Notes: generated by a model from the sequence alone, not told the origin. DNA of 64,000 nucleotides from an uncultured delta proteobacterium (GCA_963755715.1 CAVWLW010000056.1:32001-96000); one strand, 5' to 3'; positions 30,716 through 42,137 are shown, counted from the stretch's first letter. Made by a program: numbers and translations.

Positions 30716-32068
30716 ATGGACGTCACCGCAAAGCTGGCCGGGTTCGTGACCGATCTTAACTACGAAGCCATACCGCGCAAGGCCGTGGACGCCGCAAAAA
30801 TCGCCGTGCGCGATGGTCTCGGCGTGGCGCTCGCCGGCAGCAGAGAAGAGGACGCGAGGATCGCGGCCGAAATCGCGCGCCAGGAAGGCGCCCGGGAGGA
30901 GACGAGCGTCATCGGTCAAGGCTTCAAAACCTCCGCGTTGAATGGCGCGCTCGCCAACGGCACCGCGGCGCACGCCCTCGACTTCGATCACAGCTTTACA
31001 ATGATGGGTCAACCGACCGCGCCGATCGTTCCGGCGACCTTTGCCCTGGGAGAAACGCTCGGCGCGAGCGGCCGTCGGATGATCGAAGCCTACGTCGCCG
31101 GTTTTGAAGTCACGGCGAAACTGGTTCACTCGTTGCGCGACAGCGGCCACGACGGCTGGCATGCGCCGAGCACGTTGGGTTCCTTTGGCGCCTCCGCGGC
31201 GTGCGGCAAACTGCTCGGTCTCGATGCTGCGCAAATGCAAATGGCGTTAGGTATCACGGCGTCGATGGCGAGCGGCATCGTCGCCAACTTCGGCACCATG
31301 ACCAAACCTTTGCACGTCGGTCTGGGCGCGCGAAACGGCGTCCTGGCGGCCAAACTCGCGCGCGGCGGTTACACGGCGAACGCGAAAGCGATCGAAGGCG
31401 GCTTTGGATTTTACCAAGTGTTGCATCAAGACGCGCCGATTAACGAGCCAGCGATCGAAGAGCTAGGCCGCTCCTATGCGCTTGTGACCGATGGCTTACG
31501 CATCAAGCCCTATCCTTGCGGCGGGCTCACCCATCAAGTGATCGATTCGGTGCTCGAGTTCAGAGCCCAACACGGCTTGACTGCGGAGATGATCGAGCGG
31601 ATCGACGTCGACGTGGTCAAGCATACTTTCGACAGGATCGTTTTCCGCGTGCCGCAAACCGGCATCCAGGGCAAGTTCTGCATGCCTTATCTGGTGGCGC
31701 GGGCGATCATCGACGGCAAGATCGGCCTGCATATTTTCACCGACGGCGCGGTGCGCGATCAAAATGTGCTAAAGCTCGCCGAGCGAGTGCAGATGAATCT
31801 GGATCCCAATCTGAAAAAGACCGACGCCGCAGGTCGTCCCTGCCGCGTCACGATTCGCTTGAAAAACGGGCAAACCTTCGTTCGCGAAGCGCAGCACGCC
31901 AAGGGCGGCCCCGAACACCCCATGACCGAAGACGAGCTCCGAGGAAAATTTACCGAATGCGCGCGGGAAGCGCTCGACGCGAGCAGCGCCGCGCGGGCTT
32001 TGGACACCATCGAAAAGTTGGAAACGGTTGCCGATATCCGTCCGCTGTGCGAAATCCTCAGGAGCTGA
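30716..32068 (+). CDS. MmgE/PrpD family protein
   Basis: ANGTAAHALDFDH, GWHAPST, NFGTMTKPLHVG, KPYPCG..H, KGGPEHPM. Confidence 0.92.
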   Translation: MDVTAKLAGFVTDLNYEAIPRKAVDAAKIAVRDGLGVALAGSREEDARIAAEIARQEGAREETSVIGQGFKTSALNGALANGTAAHALDFDHSFTMMGQPTAPIVPATFALGETLGASGRRMIEAYVAGFEVTAKLVHSLRDSGHDGWHAPSTLGSFGASAACGKLLGLDAAQMQMALGITASMASGIVANFGTMTKPLHVGLGARNGVLAAKLARGGYTANAKAIEGGFGFYQVLHQDAPINEPAIEELGRSYALVTDGLRIKPYPCGGLTHQVIDSVLEFRAQHGLTAEMIERIDVDVVKHTFDRIVFRVPQTGIQGKFCMPYLVARAIIDGKIGLHIFTDGAVRDQNVLKLAERVQMNLDPNLKKTDAAGRPCRVTIRLKNGQTFVREAQHAKGGPEHPMTEDELRGKFTECAREALDASSAARALDTIEKLETVADIRPLCEILRS

Positions 32069-32189
32069 TGTTTGTTCTTCCCCTCCTCTAGGTGCGTCAC
32101 ACGCTCGGCGTTTGCCTGATTCGAGCGATTGACGCTATAAAGTTTCATGCTCACGGAAACGGCGACGCCGGGGTTGGAGGATTATTTTC

Positions 32190-33623
32190 ATGGCCGTTAG
32201 AACAGGCGCTGATTATGTCCGCGCGCTGCGCGACGGCCGGGAAGTCTGGCATGCCGGGCGGCGCATCGAGGACGTGACGGCGCACTCGGGATTCACCGGC
32301 ACGATCAAGACGCTCGCCGATTTGTACGACAAGCAGCACACACCCGAATACCGCGAAGTGATGACGCTGGAGCATGAAGGCGAGAGGCTATCCTGCAGTT
32401 ACCTCGCGCCGAAAAATGCCGAGCAGCTCGCGCAGAAGCGGCGCAATATCGAATTCTGGGCGCAGCAGACCTTTGGCCAAATGGGCCGTTATCCGGATTT
32501 CTGCGCGCAACTTGTCGTCGGGCTTTTCGACTGGGCGCATGTCATCGAAAAGTATGACAAACGATGGGCCGACAATGCCCGGAATTACTATCTTCATTGC
32601 CGGCGCAACGATCTTTGTTTGACCCACGCGCTCACCGACCAATATTACGACCGCTCGAAGCGGGCGAGCGAACAGCAAGACCCGGATTTGATTCTGCACA
32701 TTGTCGGCGAAACCAACGCCGGCCCGGTGGTGCGCGGCTTGCGAACGCTGGCGACCTTGGCGCCGATCTCCGATGAAGTGTTGGTTTATCCCAACCGGCC
32801 GCGCGAGCCGGATGAAGCCGACTATGCCATCGCCTTCGCAGTGCCGATGAATACGCGAGGATTGAAAATCATCTGCCGCGATCTTTACGCCGAGCACGCC
32901 GATCCCGAGCGCCATCCCTTGACCACGCGCTTCGATGAAGTCGACGCGGCGCTGATCTTTGATGACGTGGTCGTGCCGTGGGAGCGGGTGTTTGTTTACA
33001 AAAATCCGCAACTGCTCGCCGGCATCATGTACATTCACACCTGGGCGCAATACTCGACGATGCTTCGGCTGATCACCAAGCTCGAGGGATTTCTCGGCAT
33101 CGCGCAGCTCTTGACGCAATACGGCGGACGCAATAAAAGCGCCGCGGCGCAAATCCAGCTTTCGAGCTTGATGCAGGACATCGAGATCCTGCGTTCTTGC
33201 ATTCAGGTCGCCGAAGCGAAAGGCTATTTGAGTCCGGCCGGCACATGGGCGCCGCTCTTGAGCGCTGCTTATCGCGTGCACAGTATCGAAGCGTCGGATC
33301 GAGCCGAACGGACGATGGAAGGCTTGTTGACGAGCACTTTGATGTTGAGCGCCGGCGCATCGGACCTTACGGACGCCCAGATCGGTCCATTGATCGAGCG
33401 CTACTTCCGCGGCGGCGCGCCGAGCACCCAAGCGCATCTGCGCTTGATGGCGATTGCCGCGGACATGGTAATGAGCCCGTTCGGCAAGCGCAGCCAATTG
33501 TACGAGCGCTTGCAGAGCGGCGAAGTCGACCGGATGCGTCAACGCCTTTACGGTCAATACCAAGACCCGGCGCCGGCCCAGCGGATGCTCCAATTCATCA
33601 AGCGCATGGACGACGACCGTTAA
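32190..33623 (+). CDS. 4-hydroxyphenylacetate 3-hydroxylase (HpaB/TftD)-family flavin-dependent monooxygenase
   Basis: RTGADYVRALRDGREVW, MGRYPD, LATLAPISDE, HPLTTRFDEVDAALIFDDVVVPWERVF. Confidence 0.9.
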   Translation: MAVRTGADYVRALRDGREVWHAGRRIEDVTAHSGFTGTIKTLADLYDKQHTPEYREVMTLEHEGERLSCSYLAPKNAEQLAQKRRNIEFWAQQTFGQMGRYPDFCAQLVVGLFDWAHVIEKYDKRWADNARNYYLHCRRNDLCLTHALTDQYYDRSKRASEQQDPDLILHIVGETNAGPVVRGLRTLATLAPISDEVLVYPNRPREPDEADYAIAFAVPMNTRGLKIICRDLYAEHADPERHPLTTRFDEVDAALIFDDVVVPWERVFVYKNPQLLAGIMYIHTWAQYSTMLRLITKLEGFLGIAQLLTQYGGRNKSAAAQIQLSSLMQDIEILRSCIQVAEAKGYLSPAGTWAPLLSAAYRVHSIEASDRAERTMEGLLTSTLMLSAGASDLTDAQIGPLIERYFRGGAPSTQAHLRLMAIAADMVMSPFGKRSQLYERLQSGEVDRMRQRLYGQYQDPAPAQRMLQFIKRMDDDR

Positions 33624-33657
33624 TTGATCTTTTACTGATTGCTTTCAGGAGCCAGCA

Positions 33658-34124
33658 ATGGCGAAACTAGAAAAAAAACGCCGCCGTATTGTCGTGCGCA
33701 ATTCGTCGATCCATGGCCGCGGCGTGTTTGCTTTGAGACGCATTCCCAAGGGCACGCGCATCATCGAATACAAAGGCAAGCTGATCACCGACAAAGAAGC
33801 CGATCGGCGCTACAGCCGCATGCACGAGCATTCGCCGCATACGATGCTTTTCTCGCTCGAAGGCGGTTGGGTGATCGACGCGACCCGGCGCGGCAACTCG
33901 GCGCGCTGGATCAATCATTCGTGCGCGCCCAATTGCGAGATCGAGGAGGAAGGTCAGCCGGATTTTCATCGAATCGCGCCGCGATATCCGCCTCGGGCGA
34001 CGAACTTACTTACGACTACAACCTGCAGATCGGCGAGAAGCACACCAAGGCGGCGAAGCGCGAGCACGCCTGCTTTTGCCGCGCGCGGCGCTGCCGCGGC
34101 ACGATGCTCGGCGAAGAAGAGTGA
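33658..34124 (+). CDS. SET-domain protein-lysine methyltransferase (frameshifts near 33955-33995)
   Basis: SSIHGRGVFA, IIEYKG, ARWINHSCAPNC, GDELTYDY, post-SET CFCRARRCRG. Confidence 0.88.
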
Positions 34125-34143
34125 GATAACCGGGTCCATTTAT

Positions 34144-36049
34144 TCAGCGATACAAATCGTCCTTAGCGAGGCCGTTGTTGAACCATTGAACATATGCTTT
34201 GAGCCTGTTTTCCAGCCCTGAAAGGATTTCCGGTTTATCCGTGAGCGGCGTGTCGAGATTGTCGATACGAAATAGTCTATTCGATTCGCTCAAGCGAGAC
34301 TCCAAGTAGTAATTTCCTGTGGAGATCCAGTAATTGCCTCCTTTTTGACCGAGCGCCAAGCCGTCATAAGCGGCATCGAAAATCGTGTGTCCGAACGGCA
34401 ACATGGGGGCGCCTGCGATTCCCAGGAAATCCAAGATACTAGGCTCGATGTCGACGTGTTGCACGATCCGATCGCGATTTACTTGCGGTAGTTTTCGCCC
34501 CGGATGAAAGAAAACGATGGGAACCCGGTAGTTGTCAAACATGTGCGCAGCATTTGTGCTCGGTGGCCCGATGTGGTCGCCGGTGATGACAAAAAGGGTA
34601 TTCTTATACCAGGGCATTTGTTCCGCGGTCTCAAAAAATTTTTGCAAAGCGTGGTCAAAATAAGCGACGGTTTCATGAATCGGCAACTCGCCCTTCGGAA
34701 ATGTGCCCTGGTACTGCGTCGGAACTTTGTACGGATTGTGCGTGCTCAGCGTAAACACCACCGAGGCGAAGGGCTGCGGTCGCCGCGCTAGCTCGCGCGC
34801 CATAAATTGCAAGAACGGTTCGTCATAGATGCCCCAGATACCGTCTGAATCTTGCGGCTTCGGATATTCGTTCAAACCGTAATAGCTGTCGTAGCCCATT
34901 CGTTGCGAAAAGACGTCGAAATACATCGTGCCGTTTTTACCGCCGTGGAAAAAGCTCGTGTTGTAACCATGTTCTTTCAGGATCGAGCCGAGACCGCGCA
35001 GGTGTTTAAACTGAGTGCAATAAAAAGTTTCGTCCTTTAAATGAGGCAGTCCAACCAGGATCGAGGGTGGCGCGTCGATCGATCTGCGGCCGTCGGCAAA
35101 ACTGTTTTTGAAATAAAGGCCCTTTTGCGCCAGTGAATCCAGAAACGGCGTGTACCCGTGATTGGAATTTCCGATCCCGGTGTACTCGGTGGAAAGGCTC
35201 TCGACGATGATGATGACGACGTTGTCGAGCCGCTCGCCGCCGGTCGCGACCGGGGATCGCATACGAGGGAAATTGCCGTTTGAGCTCTTCATCGGTGGCG
35301 AAGTAATGCAGCTGCGCGATGCTGCGAGTGTCGCATTTGCTCTGGCTGTTAATCAAGGTGTAGGTCGAATTCAAGGCGAGATGGGAGAGGCTTTCTCTGT
35401 CGCTCACTGCGGCGAGGGCGGTGGTTAGACGCCGGTGTTGCCATCCGCCTCTGCCACCAATGTACGGCGAGCGTCACGACAATGAGCAAGTCAAAAGTCG
35501 CGGGACCATCGCGCCGATTTTCATGCCGGTTCGCTAGAGGCGACCGCGGAGTGGGAGACGTCGAGAATGGAAAAAATAGTGAAGACGCCAAAATAAACAG
35601 AACGGAGATCCCAGCGAGATACCAATAGTGAAAAGACAACTGGCCGATCTGGTTCGGAATATCCGCGCCCATGTCCAACAAGCTCAAGGTTGAGCGCTGC
35701 CCGGTAAACTTGTGATATTCGTAGTCGACGACGTTAATAATCAGGAACGGCACATTGGTGAGCAGAAAAATATATTTAAGAAGGCGTTGGTAGCGAGTTT
35801 CTCAACGAAATGCAAAAGGCAGCATCAGAAAGAACAATGAATGGGCTATTGATTCGGCAGATCGCGGCGATATCGAAACGAAGTCCGACGGCGAATGCGA
35901 TCAGGATCTCGTGCAGCGACGCCTGTTCGATACGTTTGGAAATTAAACGCAAGAAACAGCACCCGTGAAAAACTGTAAATGAGACACAGCAGACCGAGCC
36001 GCGACAGTAAGAGTTTTAATTTAGCGCTTGGCAATTTCCGTTCGTTCAC
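34144..36049 (-). CDS. LTA synthase/sulfatase-like membrane protein (several frameshifts between 35290 and 35900)
   Basis: NVVIIIVESL, YTPFLDSL, TLSTHNPY, NTLFVITGDH; N-terminal TM fragments in ORFs 35846..36100 and 35349..35753. Confidence 0.8.
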
Positions 36050-36153
36050 TTGTTTAGTCAGTCTCACGATGGCACTTAGAAATCGCGAAGTCAAAGGCAC
36101 TTGTCCGTGCCTGCGGTGAGATGTTTCTCTTTTGTTGGAGACCGAGTCGCAAT

Positions 36154-36236
36154 GTCATCCTGATGAGACCATAGTCGAAGGATCTCGTCTTCGTCAGGAC
36201 TGAAAATGCGGGATGCTTCGCTGCGCGCAGTCTGGC
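36154..36236 (+). repeat. REP-like doublet (degenerate)
   Basis: GTCATCCTGATGAGACCATAGTCGAAGGATCT followed by a degenerate inverted copy GGATGCTTCGCTGCGCGCAGTCTGGC. Confidence 0.5.
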
Positions 36237-36326
36237 ATCCATGGGATTGTTTCTCATTCCGACACAGTCTCCATTGGGCAGAAAGATCGAGGCGGACAGG
36301 GCCGCTAAAATATTCTGACTGAATCA

Positions 36327-37355
36327 CTAGCGGTACATTCCCAACTTCTGCACGGCGGATTGTAAGAATCTTAGATCCACCATCCTGTTCACATCGACCT
36401 TGTTTTTGATCAGACCCTTTTGGAAATACCAGTCTTGATCGTCCTGAATCTCTTTGAGATCCATCTCGCCGTTGGGTGTGAGCTCGGTCCCATTCAGAGC
36501 GAGGCGGAGTAACTTTCGATCTGCCGTACGGGAAAATTTGGCGACGATCTCGACGATTTCGTCGATGGATCCCTTCTTTTTGACGATAGCGTCGTAGAAG
36601 TAGCGTTGTCCCTTAAGAAAGCCGACCGTGAATTTATCCGCCACGGCTGAACGGTTGCTGATAAACGAATCCGAGTAAAATAGGTTGTTGGTCATGTGAC
36701 CGGGAAAGAGATCCCACAGATCGGCGATACCGGCGCCGATCCCTTTCTCTTCGGCAATCGAAATGGAGGGTTGTACTAGAAAGGCCACATCGACGGCGCC
36801 CTGGGCCAGCGCTCCGACCATGTCGTTGAACGGCATCACGCGAACCACGACGTCGGTCTCTTTGAGCCCGCCTTTTTTTAGCAGGCCGTCCATGTAAAGC
36901 CGCGACGATCCACCGACGCTGTTCAGGGCGATCACTTTGCCTTTGATGTCTTTGATCGAGAACGGCTTCCCGGGTTCGAGCAAGCCGCGCCGCACCATGT
37001 ACCGACCGCTACCGCGCGGTCCGACGCGCGATTTGCTGGCGACCACTCTCATGCGAACGCCGCCAGCGACAGAGTTATAAATTCCCGGGCTGACACTACC
37101 GCTGCCCGCGTCCAACTCGCCGGTGGTCAACGCTGCCATCTGCGGTCCGCCGGACGAGCTGAAATAGGTCACTTCGACGTTCAGCCCTTGGTCACGAAAA
37201 AAACCCTTCTCCAACGCTACGAATACGCCAGCGTCGGCGTTGATCATCAGAAGTCCGACTTTTACTTTCTCTTGCGCCTGTACGACCGACGAAGAGAGCA
37301 GACAAAGGCCGAGCCAGGCGAGGATAAGCAACGGCAGAATAGATTCTTGTCTCAC
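36327..37355 (-). CDS. ABC substrate-binding protein, NitT/TauT family
   Basis: Signal peptide, VFVALEKGFFRDQGL, KDIKGK, C-terminal VDLRFLQSAVQKLG. Confidence 0.87.
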   Translation of the reverse strand: MRQESILPLLILAWLGLCLLSSSVVQAQEKVKVGLLMINADAGVFVALEKGFFRDQGLNVEVTYFSSSGGPQMAALTTGELDAGSGSVSPGIYNSVAGGVRMRVVASKSRVGPRGSGRYMVRRGLLEPGKPFSIKDIKGKVIALNSVGGSSRLYMDGLLKKGGLKETDVVVRVMPFNDMVGALAQGAVDVAFLVQPSISIAEEKGIGAGIADLWDLFPGHMTNNLFYSDSFISNRSAVADKFTVGFLKGQRYFYDAIVKKKGSIDEIVEIVAKFSRTADRKLLRLALNGTELTPNGEMDLKEIQDDQDWYFQKGLIKNKVDVNRMVDLRFLQSAVQKLGMYR

Positions 37356-37477
37356 GCAGCGACCTATAATATGGGTTGACTTGTTGTTGCGTTCATAACG
37401 CCTGCAGGTTTTCGGCGCAAGGTGAGGTGCCAATTCGCTCAACCAATCCAGCTAACGGATTAAAGAAAGGAGAGCCC

Positions 37478-38494
37478 ATGCTCCATAGTACAGATCGAAT
37501 ACTCTACGTCGGCACTGAAGATGGTCTTTATCTGGCTGAGCCGGATGGAAAAGAATACAAATCACGCCCGTTGGCGCTCCAAGGCAAAGGGGTATTGAGA
37601 TCACCGGTGCAGATTGACCGAGATAACCCGCGCCGCATCTACGCAGCCACGAGTCGCTGTGGCATGCAGCGCAGCGAAGACGGTGGTCAGAGCTGGCGCG
37701 AGATCAACAACGGCATCCTTTATAAAGAAGCTTGGTGTGTGGTTCAGCATCCGCAAAGCGCCGAGCTGTTTGTCGGCACCGGTCCGTCGTCCGTTTTCAA
37801 GAGCGAAGACGGCGGCGAGAGTTGGGTCGACTGCGAACAGCTCAGAGATTTGCCCGAAACCATCGATTGGACTTTCCCACGACCGCCCCACGTGAGCCAC
37901 GTCAAAGGTCTTGCGCTCAGGCCTGATGATCCGCTTGTCATCCTCGGCGCCATCGAAGAAGGCTGGATCGTTCGCAGTCAGGACGGCGGCAAGAGCTGGC
38001 AAAATATCAAAGAAGGTGTCGAGTTCGACGCTCACTCCGTCGCGGTGATGCCGGACAATCCAGCCGTGGTGATCGCGACTTCCGGCCAAGGCGTATACAA
38101 GAGCACCAACGGCGGCGACAGTTTCGTCGAGTCCAGCAACGGACTCGATCGTCGTTACATGGCGCAACTGGTCTGCCATCCGGCGCGACCCAAGGTGCTT
38201 TTTTCCGCCGCCGCCGCGGTGCCCCCGCCATTCTGGCGCCGGCCGGAAGGCGCGGCCGCCGCTTTTTTTCGCAGCGACGACCAGGGAGAGTCCTGGCGAC
38301 GACTTTCCGGCGGATTGCCGGAACATTTCAAAGCAGCGCCGCGCGCGACGGCGGGCGATCCGGAGGAGGCCGACGCATTTTTCGTCGGTATGACCGACGG
38401 CACGATCTGGCTGAGTGAAAACGGCGGCGAATCGTTTCGCCAAATTGTTGGCGGTTTGCCTTCTGTGTTCAGTATTCGCGTCGCTTACCACTGA
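37478..38494 (+). CDS. BNR/Asp-box beta-propeller protein, no signal peptide
   Basis: Repeated S.DGG.SW boxes; WTFPRPPHVSHVK, AIEEGW; AGGAG RBS. Confidence 0.88.
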   Translation: MLHSTDRILYVGTEDGLYLAEPDGKEYKSRPLALQGKGVLRSPVQIDRDNPRRIYAATSRCGMQRSEDGGQSWREINNGILYKEAWCVVQHPQSAELFVGTGPSSVFKSEDGGESWVDCEQLRDLPETIDWTFPRPPHVSHVKGLALRPDDPLVILGAIEEGWIVRSQDGGKSWQNIKEGVEFDAHSVAVMPDNPAVVIATSGQGVYKSTNGGDSFVESSNGLDRRYMAQLVCHPARPKVLFSAAAAVPPPFWRRPEGAAAAFFRSDDQGESWRRLSGGLPEHFKAAPRATAGDPEEADAFFVGMTDGTIWLSENGGESFRQIVGGLPSVFSIRVAYH

Positions 38495-38634
38495 GCGCGC
38501 GAATAATTCATGAAAGCCAGTAAAGACTTCGACATAGCGTAAGGCGATGCGGAAGTCTGTAATCAAACGAGAAGTCCTGCCATGCCAAATGGCAAATCGT
38601 AAGCTTTGCAGCGCAAGTCATCGCCATTGTCGTT

Positions 38635-39603
38635 ATGCCACCTTCTCAAATTGAGATCGGCCTCTTGTTGCATACGCGCCATCTGATCCGTGACGGCGGC
38701 AGCGGCTCCCACGTAAGCGAACTGTGGAAAACTGCAGAGCGCGCCGATGAAATGGGCTTCGATCATCTGTGGGTCGGCGACAGTCCGAGGTTGTCACTGC
38801 AAGACCGAGCCCACGCCGACTGCCTCACGATCACCGCGGCTTTGGCGGCGCGAACGAACAAAATAAGGATCGGCACGGTGCCGCTGATCTTGGCGATGCG
38901 CAATCCGGTGTTGACGGCGCACAGCTTGGCAACCTTGGATGTGATCTCCGGCGGGCGCAGCATGATCGGAGTGAGCGCGGCGCATCAATATCCATTTGCC
39001 CAACGCGAGTTCGAAGCGTGCGGCGTGCCCTTTCACCAGAGGGCAGGCCGATTGAATGAATCGATTCAACTGCTGCGGCGGTTGTGGACCGAGCCCTCGT
39101 TTGCCTTCGAGGGAAAATATTATCGCTTCGAAGAGCTGGGCATCGAGCCCAAGCCGATACAGCGGCCGATTCCCATCTGGATCGCGGCTTCGGACAACGA
39201 TAACGCTCTGCGCCGCGTCGCGCGTTTGGCCGACGGCTGGTTCACCGTAGCGCATACGCCCGCCCAATTCGCTGCGCGGCGCCGCAAGATAGATCAGTAT
39301 CTCAAAGAACAGGGCCGAGCTGATAAGATTATTCCTTCGCTGCTCTTCGCCACCTTTCATTTGAGTTATGACACCGCGGCGGAGGCGGAGGGATGGAATC
39401 TTGCAGAGAAATATTTTCATCAGCCGCGCGCAAGGCTCGGCCATCTCAGCGCTTTCTTTGGCACGCCCCGCCAATGCGCGGAGCAACTGCGCGCCTATAT
39501 CGATCGCGGCCTGACAGGCATCGTCGCTCGCTTCGTCGCCGACGATGCCCACGCGCAAATGCGTTTGATGCTCGAAGAGCTGCGACCCAGATTGTCGCTG
39601 TGA
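38635..39603 (+). CDS. LLM-class flavin-dependent oxidoreductase
   Basis: GFDHLWVGDS, RNPVLTAHSLATLDVISGGR, PKPIQRPIPIWI, RVARLADGW. Confidence 0.9.
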   Translation: MPPSQIEIGLLLHTRHLIRDGGSGSHVSELWKTAERADEMGFDHLWVGDSPRLSLQDRAHADCLTITAALAARTNKIRIGTVPLILAMRNPVLTAHSLATLDVISGGRSMIGVSAAHQYPFAQREFEACGVPFHQRAGRLNESIQLLRRLWTEPSFAFEGKYYRFEELGIEPKPIQRPIPIWIAASDNDNALRRVARLADGWFTVAHTPAQFAARRRKIDQYLKEQGRADKIIPSLLFATFHLSYDTAAEAEGWNLAEKYFHQPRARLGHLSAFFGTPRQCAEQLRAYIDRGLTGIVARFVADDAHAQMRLMLEELRPRLSL

Positions 39604-39707
39604 TCCGTGAGATGAATGAATCAAGTCTGCAAAGAAGGTCGCGCGATTTTGTGATCGAGAATTGTTTTCTTCGTCTGGCAGCGAGGAATTGAGTTTCAGG
39701 AGGTAAT

Positions 39708-40731
39708 ATGGCGCGCTCGAGTAAGCTTTTAGTGGCGATGCAAGGCAAGGGAGTCTTTGTCGTCGATCTCGCGGAGCGGAGCGTTGTCTCCGGTCTCCAT
39801 GATTGTATCGTTGTGGCGCCGAGTCCCGACAATGGCGAGACTTTTTTCGCGGGAACGGACAAGGGCCAGTACAAGAGCATCGATGGCGGTAGAAACTGGC
39901 AGCTCAAAGGATTGGAGCAATACAAGATCTTTTCCCTGGCGTTTCATCCGTCCGATCCGAAGACAATCTACGCCGGCACGGAGCCGGCGTTGCTCTTTCG
40001 CAGCAGCGACGGCGGCGAAACCTGGACGGAACTCGATGGTGTGAGAAAGCTGCCGGGACGCAGTAAATGGTGCTACCCCGCGCCGCCGTACATCGCGCAT
40101 ATCAAAGGCATCGCCATTCATCCCGAGGATCCGGAAGTGATGTACTGCTCGATCGAGGAGGGCGGTGTGATTCAGAGCCTCGATGCCGGCGAGAGTTGGC
40201 GCTACGTGAGCAAAGGGCGAGGCCGAGACTTTTCGTCCGGTAAGCCGCGTCACCGGAGTCTATCAAGATTGTCACGTGGTGCGCATCTCACCCCATGATC
40301 CGGACAGTCTTTTTCTGACAACCGGAGACGGCCTTTACCGCAGCGACGACTGCGGCAAGAGCTGGCGCAGGATCGATCGCGGTTACCGCATGAAAAAATA
40401 TTTCGGCTCCGTCGTGCTTCATCCTGACGACCCGAAAGTCATCTATGCGACGGCCTCTGCCGCGCCGCCGAGCGGCGCGAAAAACGAAAGCTCGGTGTAC
40501 AAGAGCACGGACGACGGCGTGAGTTTCAAAGAGATCGCCACCGAGATTCGCCCGCTCTATATCGTCGGATGGAACGGTCTGGCGATGGACCCGTTGGACG
40601 CCGACTCGCTTTATTTTGGCGCGGCGGACGGAAAGCTTTATAACAGCGCTGACGGCGGTGAAAGCTGGCGCAAGCTCGACGTCGAGCTGCCCAGCGAGGG
40701 AAGAATTCGCACGATTGCATGCGCGCCATAA
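39708..40731 (+). CDS. BNR/Asp-box beta-propeller protein (frameshift near 40250)
   Basis: S.DGG..W boxes; WCYPAPPYIAHIK, SIEEGGV; paralogue of 37478..38494. Confidence 0.85.
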
Positions 40732-40819
40732 TCCCGCGCAAGCGCTCGGGATGGCGGGGTCGCGCCCGTCACTTTGCGTTCTTGGCATCGTGACGCAGGG
40801 AAAATGTAGGAGAACCAGC

Positions 40820-42034
40820 ATGGAAGCACCGGCTGATATTAAATGGACGGGATATTCGTTAGCCGAGCGCGACTGGCGCTGGCGGCGCGTGCGCGAGGGC
40901 GCCGCGCAGGCTGGCTTCGATTGCATCCTCGTGCCGCTCTGCGTCGATGGACGCAATTTACATCTCTCACTAGAGCAGGCGCGCGGCACGCGCTCGGATT
41001 GCCGCTTTCTCACTTGCCTCGACAACGCCGCAGTGATTTTGCCGAGCGACGGCCGCGAGCCAATCATTGTTTCTGACCAAGAGTCCGGCAACGACTGGGT
41101 GCCGGAGCCTCGGCCGGTGGAGAATTCCTGGGGCGAAAGCATGACGCGGGCGCTGTTGGACGCCGGTATGGAGCGCGCGCGCATCGGCGTCTCCGGCATT
41201 CGCCGCGGCTTTTATACCCACGGTCGGGCGTTTCACGGCGTCGTCAATCACAGCTCCTACGCGGAAGTGCTGCGCCGTTTGCCCAACGCGCGATTCGAGA
41301 ACGCCACGGAAGTGGTCGGTCATGCGCGCTACGTCAAAAGTGCCGAGCAGATCGCCTGCCTTAGACGTGGCGCGGCGATCGCCGCGGCTGGCATCGACAA
41401 AATGATCGAGCTTGCCAAGCCCGGCATGGATGAGGGCTTGCTCTACACCCGTGTGATGCAGCGGATGGTCGGGCTGGGCAGCGAATATTATCCGATGGCT
41501 TTTTACAGCGGGCTGCACGGCGGCGGCCGACTGCCACGCTTCGAAGATCCGACAGAAGGCAGAACGCTGCAACCGAATTATCGCATTGCCAACGAAGTGG
41601 ACGCCGTGTTCGGCGGCCTGATCGCGCAGGAGCAGCAGCCGATTTTTCTTGGCCGGATTCCCGATGCCTGGAAGCCGGCGATCGACCTTCAGCGTGACAT
41701 GTACTACGCCGCTTTAGAGCATCTGACACCGGGTCAGCCGTTCGCGCAGTTCATGGATTTAGTCAATAGCTTCGGTGAAAAGCGCGGCATGAAAAGCCAA
41801 CTGCTCATGCACGGGCGCGGTTACGGCGACGACGGCCCGCTCTTCACGCCGCAAAACCGCGGCGGGCGCAATCGCGACCTGCTGATCGAAAAAGATTGCG
41901 TGTTCATCGTCAAGCCGATTGCGCACAGCGCGGACGGAACATTCGATACCAGTTGGGGCGGCTGCGTGCTCGTGACGGAAAACGGCGGCGAGCCTCTGGT
42001 GAAGCGTACGCCGGGAATGGTGTCGATCACATAG
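40820..42034 (+). CDS. M24 (creatinase/aminopeptidase-P fold) protein with degenerate metal ligands
   Basis: YSLAERDWRW, ARYVKSAEQI, NEVD...AQEQQP, HGRGYGDDGP, VKP, WGGCVLVTENG. Confidence 0.8.
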   Translation: MEAPADIKWTGYSLAERDWRWRRVREGAAQAGFDCILVPLCVDGRNLHLSLEQARGTRSDCRFLTCLDNAAVILPSDGREPIIVSDQESGNDWVPEPRPVENSWGESMTRALLDAGMERARIGVSGIRRGFYTHGRAFHGVVNHSSYAEVLRRLPNARFENATEVVGHARYVKSAEQIACLRRGAAIAAAGIDKMIELAKPGMDEGLLYTRVMQRMVGLGSEYYPMAFYSGLHGGGRLPRFEDPTEGRTLQPNYRIANEVDAVFGGLIAQEQQPIFLGRIPDAWKPAIDLQRDMYYAALEHLTPGQPFAQFMDLVNSFGEKRGMKSQLLMHGRGYGDDGPLFTPQNRGGRNRDLLIEKDCVFIVKPIAHSADGTFDTSWGGCVLVTENGGEPLVKRTPGMVSIT

Positions 42035-42037
42035 AAC

Positions 42038-42137
42038 GAGTCTAGAGTTTGGCGTCTGGAGTCTAGGGTTTACAGAAAATCGGAAACAGCCGGCTTCCTT
42101 CTGCCTAACGCTAGACCCTAGACTCCAGACACGAGAC
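42038..42137. repeat. Intergenic inverted heptamer tandem repeats
   Basis: GAGTCTA GAGTTTG GCGTCTG GAGTCTA GGGTTTA...TAGACCC TAGACTC CAGACAC. Confidence 0.7.

Noticed and set aside
28205-33593. Long alternative-frame/antisense ORFs (e.g. 28205..29593, 29662..30699, 32388..33593)
   Set aside because: They overlap well-supported genes and have Arg/Ala-rich non-protein-like composition typical of high-GC shadow ORFs.
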